From: a virus
Length of the DNA stretch: 64,000 bases
Virus record (IMG/VR): IMGVR_UViG_3300046499_000422
Span: 4,060 to 68,059 of that record
Direction: 5' to 3' (one strand)
In this document: piece by piece, positions 1-9,006 of the stretch
Layout of the letters: the number at the start of each line of letters is the position of its first letter
Numbering within the stretch: the stretch's first letter is position 1
Program-made: the position numbers and the translations under genes
Notes under the pieces: generated by a model
The model's database searches: none
What the model saw: only the letters and a program-made list of their open reading frames with translations
Told to the model about the DNA's origin: nothing

Positions 1-486
1 ATTTGGCGAGTTGGGCCTGGCGTTCGTCGTCGATGTCCTCGGCGAAGGCGGCGAGGCCGGGGGTGGTGAAGAGGGTGGGGTACATGTCGTGTCCGTTCTG
101 GGTGGGTTCGGGCAGTAGTTGGTGCACCTGGTTCGGGTCGCGTGGGCCTCGCTGGCCCCGTCCGGGGTCAGCAGCGGCTCCCCGGCGGCCTCTACGGGCT
201 TCGGTGGACCCTTGGGAGCTTCGTGGGTCTGCGCGGGGCGTAGACGGGCGCTCAGCCGCTCCGGCACGTGGATCTCACCCGGCCGCAGCAAACCCACCCG
301 CAGAGCCACCGCCACCGCATGCGCCCTATCGCCGACACCCAGCGCCCGGTAGACGAGTCGCAGAGAGCTGTTCACCGTGTCCGGCGCGATCCGCAACCGG
401 GCTGCGATCTGGGCGGCGGTGTTGCCGTTGGCCACAAGGCGCAAGATCTCCAGCTGCCGAGGCGTCAGCAGCGCCTGACCGCTCAC
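1..486 (-). CDS. LuxR-type HTH regulator (cut by window edge; full copy 57298-57966)
   Basis: LLTPRQLEILRLVANGNTAAQIAARLRIAPDTVNSSLRLVYRALGVGDRAHAVAVALRVGLL is a LuxR HTH pattern. GTG start overlaps the upstream stop. Confidence 0.8.
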   Translation of the reverse strand, partial: MSGQALLTPRQLEILRLVANGNTAAQIAARLRIAPDTVNSSLRLVYRALGVGDRAHAVAVALRVGLLRPGEIHVPERLSARLRPAQTHEAPKGPPKPVEAAGEPLLTPDGASEAHATRTRCTNYCPNPPRTDTTCTPPSSPPPASPPSPRTSTTNARPNSPN

Positions 487-803
487 CGCTGCGCCTCCCG
501 CGTCCGGGCCGCCACGTCGTCGGTCGTCGCGAGCACACACCGCGACGGCACGGCGACCAGCCAGCCCGTCCCCGGCATGTCGCAGGCGACGGCCGCCGGA
601 TGCCGGTCGACGTACACCAGGCCGCGCCGCACGGTGGCCATGTGCTCGTCGCAGAGCAGGGAGAAGTCGGCTTTGGGCGTCAGCCACCAAGCGACGTGCC
701 AGGTGGCGGCCCTCCCGCAGGGTGCGGCGTCGTGGGTGGGCCGGGACCCGCATCGGGGGTCGCCGCGCCGTGGGGTCGGCGTGAGGTCGGGGAAGGCACT
801 CAC
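483..803 (-). CDS. Hypothetical Cys/His-containing phage protein
   Basis: 106 aa ORF with GTGA overlaps to both neighbours. Confidence 0.7.
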   Translation of the reverse strand: MSAFPDLTPTPRRGDPRCGSRPTHDAAPCGRAATWHVAWWLTPKADFSLLCDEHMATVRRGLVYVDRHPAAVACDMPGTGWLVAVPSRCVLATTDDVAARTREAQR

Positions 804-1105
804 CGCTGCTCACCTCGTCGCTGCGCCCAGTCGGGATCGAACGCGGGCGCGGGACCACGGGGTGGCGGCGGGTCGTTGCGGTGCCGCCAGGCGCGGACCG
901 TGGCCCGGGGGCGGAGCAGCAGCATGCGGGCGATCTCCGCCGCGTACACGGGCTGCGCGAGCCACCAGCGCCAGTCGCGGCGGGTGACGCGCGGTGTCCG
1001 GTACATGAGCCGGTGGGCCCAGTCCGAGGCGCGGTGAGCGGGACGCCAGCGGCCGATGAGGTATCCAGCGAGGATGCCGCCGAGTGCGACCACGATCGCG
1101 GTCAC
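800..1105 (-). CDS. Hypothetical membrane-anchored protein
   Basis: N-terminal hydrophobic TAIVVALGGILAGYLIG; coupled GTGA start. Confidence 0.7.
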   Translation of the reverse strand: MTAIVVALGGILAGYLIGRWRPAHRASDWAHRLMYRTPRVTRRDWRWWLAQPVYAAEIARMLLLRPRATVRAWRHRNDPPPPRGPAPAFDPDWAQRRGEQR

Positions 1106-1332
1106 CGCTGCGCCCCGCTGCCCAGCGCGGCCCGCTCGGCCTGGTGCTTGGCGCTGTCGACCGGGCACACGACGCGGTCGTCCGCCGTCATCAGCCAGCC
1201 ATCGCGGAGCAGCTCCGCACGGGCCTGCCCCAGGTTGGCGAAGTGCACGTCGCCCCCGCCGTACTGGTCCCTGAACGGGTAGCGGCAGACGTCGCAGGCG
1301 ACCGTGACGCAGTCGTGGCGGCGGACGCTCAT
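1102..1332 (-). CDS. Small Zn-finger-like hypothetical protein
   Basis: MSVRRHDCVTVACDVC...VVCP; ATGA coupling. Confidence 0.7.
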   Translation of the reverse strand: MSVRRHDCVTVACDVCRYPFRDQYGGGDVHFANLGQARAELLRDGWLMTADDRVVCPVDSAKHQAERAALGSGAQR

Positions 1333-1586
1333 CGCCGCGCCCCCTCGACGACGGGCCACGCCTGGCGGCAGCCGTTGCTGCGGCAGCGAATGTGCTCGGG
1401 CACGTCCTCCGGGATCCACGTCAGTCCGTCGTCCAGGACGCTGCGCCCGCAGCGCGACACCGTGCCCTCGCGGATCTTGCGGCCAGCCATGTGGACGGCC
1501 TTGTGGGAATGGACGTCGGGCCGGGAGTACCAGGACGCGTCACGGCCGGCGGCCCACGGCTCCTCGGCCGGCGTCTCGGTGCTCAT
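1329..1586 (-). CDS. Hypothetical protein
   Basis: 85 aa coupled ORF with CRSNGC motif. Confidence 0.7.
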   Translation of the reverse strand: MSTETPAEEPWAAGRDASWYSRPDVHSHKAVHMAGRKIREGTVSRCGRSVLDDGLTWIPEDVPEHIRCRSNGCRQAWPVVEGARR

Positions 1587-2293
1587 CGCTGCACCCCCTC
1601 AGCGGCCTCAGGCTGCTGTTCGGCCTCGATCGCGTAGGTCGCCGTCTGCCGGACCAGGCGCTGCGCCCGCGCTCCGGGCCGGGTGATCGCCGACTCGTAG
1701 CGGCTGGCGGCGTCCTCGCGCTGCTCCCAGGCGGGGCCGTCGGGTCGCCACTCGCCTCGCCAGTGGAACTCGATCTGCCACTCGGTGCGCGGCGGGTGGG
1801 CCACGGCCTCGGGCTGGGGTGCCTCGTCGGCCAGGCGGCGCAGCTCGGCACGGGCGGCGGCCAGACGCCTGGCGGGGCTCAGCAGTTCATGGCCCGGCAC
1901 GTACCGCTGGCAGGCGCGCTCATGCAGCCCCTGCGAACGGGCGCAGGTGCACGGGAACTTGGCCCGCACCTGCGTGAGTACGTCGTGCAGGGCGAGTGCC
2001 CGGGTGTCGTCCGGCTCAGCGGCCAGCATCTGCTGGACCTCGTCGGCGGCCCAGCGGAGCACCGAGGCCCGGTCCACGGGCACGGCGGCAGGCAGCGCGG
2101 CCACCGTCTCCGAGATCCACTTCACCCAGTCCCGGATCCGCTCCGCACCCTGGGCGCCCGCCAGTTCGGCGTCCTGAAGGCTGAGGAGCATGGTGGGGCC
2201 GATGGCTGCGGCAATGGCTGCGGCGCGGTCGGCGGGTGCAGGCGGCACGACGGCCGGTGTTCCATAGTGGGTGGTTTTGTTGGTTTCTGACAT
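1583..2293 (-). CDS. Hypothetical phage protein
   Basis: 236 aa ORF, GGAG RBS upstream, high GC3. Confidence 0.75.
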   Translation of the reverse strand: MSETNKTTHYGTPAVVPPAPADRAAAIAAAIGPTMLLSLQDAELAGAQGAERIRDWVKWISETVAALPAAVPVDRASVLRWAADEVQQMLAAEPDDTRALALHDVLTQVRAKFPCTCARSQGLHERACQRYVPGHELLSPARRLAAARAELRRLADEAPQPEAVAHPPRTEWQIEFHWRGEWRPDGPAWEQREDAASRYESAITRPGARAQRLVRQTATYAIEAEQQPEAAEGVQR

Positions 2294-2375
2294 CAGGTCA
2301 CTCCGGTCTGTCCCGGTATCGCCGGGTTGGCGTGCCGGTCGGGTTGGCGGGTTTCGTCGTCTGGATGGGCGGAAG

Positions 2376-2588
2376 TCAGGCGGCAGGCACGGCCCGGAGG
2401 TGTCGGGCGGGTTTCTCGTCGAGTGCGGCTTCGAGGACTCGGCGGTGTTCGGCGGCTTCGAGGGCGGTGGTCTCGCGTCTCGGCCGGGCGGGGTGCTGCT
2501 CGGGGGCGGGTTCGGGGTCGCGGTGGTGTGGTCCGCCGAACTGGCCGGTGGGGATGGTCTCGGCGAGGAGCCGTTCGAGCGGGGTCAC
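2376..2588 (-). CDS. Hypothetical protein
   Basis: VTPLERLLAETIPTG...; GTGA coupling with the upstream gene. Confidence 0.65.
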   Translation of the reverse strand: MTPLERLLAETIPTGQFGGPHHRDPEPAPEQHPARPRRETTALEAAEHRRVLEAALDEKPARHLRAVPAA

Positions 2589-2974
2589 GGGGTGGCTCGC
2601 TTGGAGGCGTCGTGCATGATCTGGGCGCTGTCCGGGTGGGCGTGCACGGCGGCGACGATCGCGTCGTGCCAGTGCTGGTGTCCGGCCTGGTGGCGGCGCA
2701 GGGTGGCGAGTTCCTGGCGGGCGGCGTCGAGCTGGCGGGCGGTGGACGGGCAGTCGCATTCGTCGGTGTCGGGGTTGTTGATGCGGGTCATGCAGCCGGG
2801 GATGAGGTGGCGGGTGCCGTCGGCGTCCTGGTGCCAGTAGCAGGGCAGCGGCGGGCAGCGGTGCGGCTGGTCCTCGGGCGGGAGGCCCTGCTCGGCGCGG
2901 AGGCGGTCGGCTTTCTCGGCGAGGGTCTCGACGCTGTAGGCGTGGTCGTGGGCGGTCGGCCGAGTAGGGCTCAT
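2585..2974 (-). CDS. Hypothetical protein (Cys-rich)
   Basis: 129 aa coupled ORF. Confidence 0.7.
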   Translation of the reverse strand: MSPTRPTAHDHAYSVETLAEKADRLRAEQGLPPEDQPHRCPPLPCYWHQDADGTRHLIPGCMTRINNPDTDECDCPSTARQLDAARQELATLRRHQAGHQHWHDAIVAAVHAHPDSAQIMHDASKRATP

Positions 2975-3294
2975 GACGCCTGCCTCTCGATGGCGGGCCG
3001 GGTTTCGCGCTGTTCGGCGGCCTGGAGGAGGTCGAGGAGGGCGGGTCGTACGGGGCTGGTGTTGATGGCGCCGGAGGCGAGTAGGGCCGGCGGGATGAAG
3101 CCGGTCCAGTTCTCGGGGGTGGCGAACTTCATGGGCGGTTCGGTGAGCTTGGCGGCGAGGTCGGGGTGGGCCAGGACGGTGGCGCGGCGGCGGGTGTTGC
3201 GGGTGGCGGCGGCGCGGGTCTGGTCCTTGATGAAGGCGGTGAGGTCGTTCTGCTGGCGGAGCGCGCGGATGTCGTCTTCGCTGATGTCGGTCAT
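2971..3294 (-). CDS. Hypothetical protein
   Basis: MTDISEDDIRALR...; ATGA overlap with the ATPase stop. Confidence 0.75.
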   Translation of the reverse strand: MTDISEDDIRALRQQNDLTAFIKDQTRAAATRNTRRRATVLAHPDLAAKLTEPPMKFATPENWTGFIPPALLASGAINTSPVRPALLDLLQAAEQRETRPAIERQAS

Positions 3295-3989
3295 GCGGCG
3301 GCCTGGCGGCGGCGGTCGTCGCCGGTGATGACGACGCGGTCGCACATTTCGATGAGGCGGGATGCGACGCGGTCTCCGACGCGGTCGGCGAGCTGTTTGG
3401 GCAGCACGTTGGAGGTCATGAGGGTGGGGAGCTGGTTCTCGTAGCGGTGGTTCACCAAGCGGAAGTTGATCTCTTCGGTCCACTCGCTGGTTTTGGCGGC
3501 GCCGAGGTCGTCGACGAGGAGCAGCGGGGCGTGGGCGTACTTGCGGAACTCGGTCTCGGAGTCGATGCCGGCGCGGGGGCGGAGGGCGGCGTACATGTCG
3601 GCGCTGGAGGTGGCGGTCCAGCGGAGGCTGATGCCGGTGGGGGCGAGGTGCCGCAGCGCGCCGTACGCCTGGTAGGTCTTCCCGACGCCGGTCGGCCCGA
3701 GGAGGAGGAGGGAGCGGCCGGTGGTGATGGCGGGGACGATGCGGCGGCCAGAGTGGGCGCGGGTGGTGGCGATGAGGTTGTCGGCCCAGTGCTGGACGTC
3801 GGGGTGGTCGGCGTTGGCTCGCTGGTAGATGAACGGGATGTCGTGGTTGGCGTGGTCGATTTCGCGGCGGGCGGTGGCGGGGCGGTCGTAGGGGTCGCCG
3901 GTGATGTCGTTGATCGCGTCGGGGGTGAGCTGGTGGGCGGTGAGGATGGCCTGCCAGTTGGTGAGGTCGACGGGGGTGAGGTGGTCCAT
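3291..3989 (-). CDS. DnaC/IstB-like AAA+ ATPase (helicase loader)
   Basis: Walker A GPTGVGKT, Walker B LLLVDDLG, TSN and RVASRL motifs; directly downstream of the initiator. Confidence 0.9.
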   Translation of the reverse strand: MDHLTPVDLTNWQAILTAHQLTPDAINDITGDPYDRPATARREIDHANHDIPFIYQRANADHPDVQHWADNLIATTRAHSGRRIVPAITTGRSLLLLGPTGVGKTYQAYGALRHLAPTGISLRWTATSSADMYAALRPRAGIDSETEFRKYAHAPLLLVDDLGAAKTSEWTEEINFRLVNHRYENQLPTLMTSNVLPKQLADRVGDRVASRLIEMCDRVVITGDDRRRQAAA

Positions 3990-3997
3990 GGGTGCTC

Positions 3998-4864
3998 CTA
4001 CAGGCTTTCGAAGTAGGCGGACTGGTCGGTGGGGTTGGTCCACGGCTGGTAGTTGCCGCTGGCCACGGCCTTGAGCTGTGGCGCCGACCCGGCGGGGACT
4101 TCAGGCAGGCCGCCCCAGCCCGGAAGGAAGTAGCGGGCGGAGTAGGGCGGGTTCTTCGAGCTGCGCCAGACGCGCTCGGCGTGATCGACGAGGACGGGCA
4201 CGCTGCGGGTGGCGACGAGGCCGGCGAGCTTCTTCCAGTCGGCTGCCTGGAGCTGCCAGCTGATGCGCATGCCGCGCAGGGTCATCTCGTCGATGAGCGG
4301 CTGGACGATCTTGAGTGCATCGACCTCTCCCGCTGCCGGCTGATCAACGGCGCGGGGGGGATGTGGTTGAACATCTACATCGTGGTTTAGCTGGTCTTGG
4401 TAGTGGGGTCCGGTTTCCGGACCCCTAGGGGTCTCGTTTTCGGACCCCTGGGGTCCGGTTTCCGGACCCCTAGCGTTTTCGCTACCGGTCCGGTTTCCGG
4501 ACCCCTGCGCGGCGCTAGGGGTCTCGTTTCCGTACCCCTGCGATACGGCTAGAGGTCCGGTTTTCGGACCCCTAGAGCCACGCTCCGGGCGGACATAACC
4601 GACGGCGCCGGGCACCCGGTAGAGCGCCGAGCGGGTGCCGCGCGCCTCCTCCAGGAGCTCCAGCTCGCCGGACTTCACGAGTGCATCGACGGACTTGATC
4701 ACCGAGGAGCGCGCGGCGTTGCTGAAGTGCGTCAGCTCGGCCGTGCTTGCCCGGACCGTGCAGTCCGGCCCCGTGATCCAGTTGGCGACGGCCAGCATGA
4801 TGTGTCGGCCGGTCCCCTTGGACTGGGAGTGGTTCCACACCCAGTACATAGCGTCGATGCTCAC
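3998..4864 (-). CDS. Phage replication initiator (N-terminal HTH, internal iterons)
   Basis: MSIDAMYWVW... HTH-type N-terminus, central low-complexity linker encoded by the iteron array, paired with a DnaC-like gene. Confidence 0.8.
   Translation of the reverse strand: MSIDAMYWVWNHSQSKGTGRHIMLAVANWITGPDCTVRASTAELTHFSNAARSSVIKSVDALVKSGELELLEEARGTRSALYRVPGAVGYVRPERGSRGPKTGPLAVSQGYGNETPSAAQGSGNRTGSENARGPETGPQGSENETPRGPETGPHYQDQLNHDVDVQPHPPRAVDQPAAGEVDALKIVQPLIDEMTLRGMRISWQLQAADWKKLAGLVATRSVPVLVDHAERVWRSSKNPPYSARYFLPGWGGLPEVPAGSAPQLKAVASGNYQPWTNPTDQSAYFESL
4405..4573. repeat. Six 22-bp quasi-palindromic iterons (GGGGTCCGGTTTCCGGACCCCT); probable replication origin
   Basis: Copies start at 4405, 4428, 4450, 4485, 4518 and 4552, inside the initiator gene as in lambda O. 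Confidence 0.85.
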
Positions 4865-4974
4865 GTGCTCTTCTCTCGCCGTCGTTGCTGGTCATCGCCT
4901 GTTTTCTGGCATGGCTCATGGCGGCTTCATCCGGGCGCGACTTGTGCGCCGGGCGTGCTTCAATCCTACCCCGG

Positions 4975-5046
4975 GGTGACCGGTCACCTGCCAGTCAAAT
5001 GAAAGTCGATTACCGGTCAGGGGGTGAACGGTCACAGGGCGGTCAG
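4975..5046. promoter_or_regulatory. Array of TGACCGGTCA-like operator sites between the initiator and the small DNA-binding gene
   Basis: ggtgaccggtcacc (4975-4988, perfect palindrome), ttaccggtca (~5010), ggtgaacggtcac (5023-5035), gcggtca (~5039). Confidence 0.55.
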
Positions 5047-5059
5047 CTACATTGGCTGT

Positions 5060-5254
5060 ATGACCACGAAGGGAACTACCGGCCGCGTCGTACGCATCGA
5101 GGACGACGTGTGGGCTGACTTCGAACAGGTCTGTAAGGAGAAGGGGCTCGCTCGAGCCACGGACATCCGCATGTACGTCGTTCGCGAGGTCACCGCGTGG
5201 CGCCGACAGCAGGCTGCTGACCGTCGCGCCGCCCGCAACATCGCCGAGTCCTGA
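5060..5254 (+). CDS. Ribbon-helix-helix (CopG/Arc-like) DNA-binding protein
   Basis: GRVVRIEDDVWADFEQVCKEKGLARATDIRMYV gives a beta strand plus two helices; only + strand gene in the early region. Confidence 0.7.
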   Translation: MTTKGTTGRVVRIEDDVWADFEQVCKEKGLARATDIRMYVVREVTAWRRQQAADRRAARNIAES

Positions 5255-5256
5255 CT

Positions 5257-5550
5257 TCATCGCCGCACCGCCCCCGCCGGGCAGACGTGGCAGATGACGT
5301 GCTCTCTGCCGCACACCGCGCCGGCCGGGCACCGCCACCGCAGGTCGACCACCCCGCCGTGCAGCCGGGCCACGCACCACAGCAACCGCCACGGGCCGGG
5401 TGTCCGTACATCCCCCGCGACGTACGGCGTCACCTCCGCCATGACCGTGAGCGCCGCACGGTGGCCCACCGTCTGCCGGTAGCAGGGCAGCCCGCACCGG
5501 GCGCAGGCCGTAACGACCGCGCCCGGAACGGACTTGACGGGCCTGCTCAA
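5257..5550 (-). CDS. Hypothetical Zn-binding protein
   Basis: CARC...HVCP motifs. Confidence 0.55.
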   Translation of the reverse strand: MSRPVKSVPGAVVTACARCGLPCYRQTVGHRAALTVMAEVTPYVAGDVRTPGPWRLLWCVARLHGGVVDLRWRCPAGAVCGREHVICHVCPAGAVRR

Positions 5551-5750
5551 CGGCCAGCCCGGGGACTGACGCGTGCGCCGCCGCGGGGCCGCAGCTGGAC
5601 GCGGGCCTGGATCAGCAGTGACCGCATCGCCCCGTACGACATGTGATGCCGGGCCATGAGGCCACGGATGGAGTCGCCGGCGCGGTATTTGGCGGCGGCC
5701 TGCTTCTGGAGCCGGATGCGGGCGTCGCCGACGATGTGGGTGCGGGTCAT
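5547..5750 (-). CDS. Small HTH DNA-binding protein
   Basis: KYRAGDSIRGLMARHHMSYGAMRSLLIQARVQLRPRGG, an actinobacterial small-HTH pattern. Confidence 0.75.
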   Translation of the reverse strand: MTRTHIVGDARIRLQKQAAAKYRAGDSIRGLMARHHMSYGAMRSLLIQARVQLRPRGGARVSPRAGR

Positions 5751-5998
5751 CAGATGGCCTTCCAGGTGACGGTGCCCTGCTCGACGTGGCCGTGGGCGCG
5801 GCTGGTGCCGGTCTTCTCGCCGGTCTCGTCGTCCACGTCGGCGAGGTAGTTGGTCCAGAACGAGACGCGGGCGCGGGCGGCGCCGATGGCCCCGTACGGG
5901 CCCTCGTGGGTGGTGCGGGTCTTGCCGTCTCGGTCCGTCTTGGTGATGACGGCGCGGAACACGGTGGCGTCGGCCGCCATGCCGATCGAGCGGGCCAT
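5750..5998 (-). CDS. Hypothetical protein
   Basis: MARSIGMAADATVFRAVITK; TGATG coupling. Confidence 0.75.
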   Translation of the reverse strand: MARSIGMAADATVFRAVITKTDRDGKTRTTHEGPYGAIGAARARVSFWTNYLADVDDETGEKTGTSRAHGHVEQGTVTWKAI

Positions 5999-6438
5999 CA
6001 GGCACCTGCCTGCGGGCGGAGCCGGAGGATCGCGGCGATGGTGAGGTTGAGGTCGCGCAGGAGGCTGCTGCGGGTCTCGGGCGGCATGTCGGGGCTGTAG
6101 GCGACGTGGATGCGCATGCGGGGCCCGGCGGGGTCCTGAATGTCGAGGTGTTCGGCGAACGGCTCCAGGCCGTCGGCGCCGAGCTGGACGGCCCACGTGC
6201 TGGTGTCGGCGGCCTTGCTGAGCAGGTCGTCGATGGCCCGCTGGGCGTCACCGAACGCGTCGCCGTCAAGGTCGTCCAGGTCGTGCCAGCAGGCGCGGGG
6301 CTCACCGGCGCGGCTCGGGATGACGGTGCCGGTCATCTGCTCGCCGATGCCCACGAAGTCGGCGTCCTCGGTGGTGTTCTTCAGCTGGCGGGCGGCTTCG
6401 TGGCGGAGGTCGGCGTCGGTGTACGGGAGGTCAGTCAC
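5998..6438 (-). CDS. Hypothetical acidic protein
   Basis: 146 aa, AAGGAG RBS. Confidence 0.8.
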   Translation of the reverse strand: MTDLPYTDADLRHEAARQLKNTTEDADFVGIGEQMTGTVIPSRAGEPRACWHDLDDLDGDAFGDAQRAIDDLLSKAADTSTWAVQLGADGLEPFAEHLDIQDPAGPRMRIHVAYSPDMPPETRSSLLRDLNLTIAAILRLRPQAGA

Positions 6439-6494
6439 GGTGTTCTCCTTGGGGTTGGGTGCCGCGCCGGATTCCGCCCGGCGCGGCGCTCGCG

Positions 6495-6896
6495 TCAGAC
6501 GGGGCGGTCGCCGAGGGGAAGTTCGTCCTGCTGCCCAGTGCGGGCGCTCTCGATTTCGATGCAGCGGCGGCAGACCTCCGGGTAGTGGATGGAGAGCGAC
6601 CCGAGAGCCACCGCGCGCTGGACCTTGACGTGGGCGGCGAGGGTGCCGTGCGCGGCCATGTCGTCGATCGCCTCGGGGGTCATCAGCGGCTCATCGAGCG
6701 GGACATGGCAGCCACACGGGCAGCCGGGTTCTCCGCCGATACCGAGCGCGGCCATGTGGGCCCAGCAGGCGTGGTGTTTGTGCCGCTGGCAGGCCAGGCA
6801 GATGGTGGTCGCGCCGGGGAAGGCGACGAGCTTGCCGGGGCGGAGCTCGGAGTCCTGGCCTCGGTAGCCGCGGGTGCGGCCTGCTCCTCGGGTCAC
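6495..6896 (-). CDS. Hypothetical Cys/His-rich protein
   Basis: CLAC..H..C, CPCGCH and CRRC motifs. Confidence 0.7.
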   Translation of the reverse strand: MTRGAGRTRGYRGQDSELRPGKLVAFPGATTICLACQRHKHHACWAHMAALGIGGEPGCPCGCHVPLDEPLMTPEAIDDMAAHGTLAAHVKVQRAVALGSLSIHYPEVCRRCIEIESARTGQQDELPLGDRPV

Positions 6897-7198
6897 GGTC
6901 GTTCCTTTCGGGTGGCGGCGACGGCCGCGCGGTAGTCCTGCGGGTTGGCCCGGCGTTTCCCGGAGGCGATAGCCCGCTCGTCGATCACGTGGGCGACCGC
7001 ATCAGGTGTGGGCGTCGTCCACGCCCCGGGGAGGCGTCCGGGGCCGGGCGGGGGTTCGGGGCGCCCGGCGAGCGCCGACGGGGTGTGGGCCGGGCAGCAC
7101 CAGCCGGTGAGGAAGAACCGCACCCCGGCCGCACTCCGGCAGTGGCGGCCGGCGGGGCCGTCCCAGTGCTCGCAGGGGGCCGGGGTGCGGGCGGTCAT
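6893..7198 (-). CDS. Hypothetical protein
   Basis: MTARTPAPCEHW...CPAH; coupled. Confidence 0.7.
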   Translation of the reverse strand: MTARTPAPCEHWDGPAGRHCRSAAGVRFFLTGWCCPAHTPSALAGRPEPPPGPGRLPGAWTTPTPDAVAHVIDERAIASGKRRANPQDYRAAVAATRKERP

Positions 7199-7548
7199 GC
7201 GGCGGCCAGGTCGGCGTCGTGCTGCGCGGCTCGGCAGGACGGGCAGATCCGCTCCTTGCGGGTGCGGTGCTGCCTGTGCGCGGTGGTGGTGCCGCACGGC
7301 GCCGGGGCCGGGATGGTTCCGGCGGTCGGGTCGAGCGCGGCCCGCTGCTCGCCGTCCATGGCGGCCCAGACGCCGTGCCGGTCGATGGCCGGCCAACCCC
7401 GCTCCACGCCCAGCACCGCGGCCTGGCAGGCGAGACGTGTCGGGCAAGCGAGGCACACCGCGCGGGCCTCAGCCTGCTCCTCCGGGTCACGGCTGTGCCA
7501 CGTGTCGGGGTGCCGGGCGCCGGACTGGCACGCGGGCAGGCGGATCAT
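7195..7548 (-). CDS. WhiB-family protein with C-terminal Zn-ribbon
   Basis: C...CLACPTRLAC...HGVWAA WhiB motif, then CGT..H..ICPSC. Confidence 0.8.
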   Translation of the reverse strand: MIRLPACQSGARHPDTWHSRDPEEQAEARAVCLACPTRLACQAAVLGVERGWPAIDRHGVWAAMDGEQRAALDPTAGTIPAPAPCGTTTAHRQHRTRKERICPSCRAAQHDADLAAA

Positions 7549-7994
7549 GAGACGGCCCGCCCTTCACCGACGAGAGCGTGGACGGTCCACCAGGTCAGGC
7601 CCTCAGCCGCGGCGATCGCGTTGATGGTCTCGCCGGCCCGGTGCCGCTCGTGCAGGGCGCGGCCGATCTCCTCACGGCGGCCGTCGAAGTCCTGCGGCTT
7701 CGCGCCTGCGCCCCGCTGGCGGGTCTTGCGGCGCAGGTGCGCGGCGCGTTCGTTCTCGTCGATGCCGCCCCAGATCCCGGCGGGCTGCCGGGTCTGGATG
7801 GCCCAGGTGCCGCAATCCATGACGACGGGGCAGGTGACGCAGATGGCCTTGGCCTTCTTGGCGGCGGTGACGGCGTCGGGGTTTTCACCGATGGGGAACC
7901 AGAGTTCGCCGTCCATGCCGCGACAGGCCGCAGAGTGTCGCCAGTCGGTGGTGGCGGTGCTGCCGGTGGTGGTGTCGGGCGCGTAACCAGGCAT
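7545..7994 (-). CDS. WhiB-family regulator with C-terminal HTH
   Basis: WRHSAAC...WFP...AKAICVTCPVVMDC...GIWGG. Confidence 0.92.
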   Translation of the reverse strand: MPGYAPDTTTGSTATTDWRHSAACRGMDGELWFPIGENPDAVTAAKKAKAICVTCPVVMDCGTWAIQTRQPAGIWGGIDENERAAHLRRKTRQRGAGAKPQDFDGRREEIGRALHERHRAGETINAIAAAEGLTWWTVHALVGEGRAVS

Positions 7995-8440
7995 CAGGCG
8001 GTCAGCCCCTTCCTGCGCCTTTTCCAGCGGGCGCTAGCTGCTCTTCTGCACGTTCGGCAGCGTCGGCAGTTACCGGGCATGTAGGTGTTCGCCTCGGTGA
8101 ATTCGTGACCGCGTACGCAGTGGGTCCGGGGGTCGTAAGCGGACGTGAGCTCGCGAGCTCGGGCCGAGTTCTCGAAAGGCGTCACCGGTTCCAAGTGCGC
8201 GACGTTCACGCACGCCCGGTTGCGGCACCGGTGGTCCAGTTGCAACCCATCGGGGATGGGGCCCACCTTGGCCTCGTAGGCCGCGCGGTGGACTTGCACG
8301 TAGCGGCCCTGCTCGGCGTCTGCGATACGTCCGTATCCCCATCTGTCTTTCTTGCCGGTCCAGATGAGGCATTCGCCTTGCGGCTGGGTGCGATTCTGGA
8401 TGCGGGTCAGGATCGGGATGCGTTGGCCTTTGATGGGCAT
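7994..8440 (-). CDS. HNH endonuclease
   Basis: CLIWTG...GYG...HRAAYE...LDHRCRNRACVNVAHLEPVT..EN. Confidence 0.9.
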   Translation of the reverse strand: MPIKGQRIPILTRIQNRTQPQGECLIWTGKKDRWGYGRIADAEQGRYVQVHRAAYEAKVGPIPDGLQLDHRCRNRACVNVAHLEPVTPFENSARARELTSAYDPRTHCVRGHEFTEANTYMPGNCRRCRTCRRAASARWKRRRKGLTA

Positions 8441-9006
8441 CAGTGCGCCACCGCCTGGCGTTCGGCGTGCTTCCGGTCGGCCTTGCAGGCGTGGCAGTAG
8501 GCGCGGCCGTCGGTCTCGTACCGGCCCCATTTGGCCTGGTCGTGGCCGTGGGCGCACTGCGGGGGTCGCTCCTTGCCGCCGGTGAGGTACCGGAGCTGCT
8601 CGCGGGTCCGGGTCCGGCCGGCCTCGTCATCGACGTGGTCCGGGGCGACGCAGTGCTTGAGGCCGCACTCGGCGTACGCGTAGCCGGCGGGCTCGCGCTG
8701 GTGCTTGATGCGGAACGCGATGGCGGCGGGACTGTGCGGCTTCTCGCGGTAGCGCAGGACGGGCGTGCCGCTGTCGGACTGTCGTTCGCCGGTCCATTCG
8801 AGGTGCCCGCCGTCGACCGGCCGGGTGTTGGCCTCCCACTTCTCTTCGAGGGTGAGGGGCTGGCGGGGAGCGTTGGGCAGGCCGAGGGCGCGGCGGATGT
8901 GGCCGGCAGTCTGCCGTTCGATGTGGAGGGTGCGGCCGATCTCGGTGTTGTTGAGGCCCTCGGCGATGAGGCGCTGGACGGCGTCGGTCTTCGGGTGCAG
9001 TCGCAT
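8440..9006 (-). CDS. HTH plus degenerate HNH-like protein
   Basis: N-terminal HTH (GLNNTEIGRTLHI), then HLEWTG...CGLKHCVAPDHV and CAHGH...CHAC; lacks the canonical DH and N residues. Confidence 0.7.
   Translation of the reverse strand: MRLHPKTDAVQRLIAEGLNNTEIGRTLHIERQTAGHIRRALGLPNAPRQPLTLEEKWEANTRPVDGGHLEWTGERQSDSGTPVLRYREKPHSPAAIAFRIKHQREPAGYAYAECGLKHCVAPDHVDDEAGRTRTREQLRYLTGGKERPPQCAHGHDQAKWGRYETDGRAYCHACKADRKHAERQAVAH

Noticed and set aside
3291-3989. IS21 IstB, implying an insertion sequence
   Set aside because: There is no IstA transposase or terminal inverted repeat; the context next to the initiator indicates a helicase loader.
4405-4573. CRISPR-like palindromic repeat array
   Set aside because: Spacers are 0-13 bp and irregular, the array is inside a coding gene, and there are no cas genes. 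It fits replication iterons.
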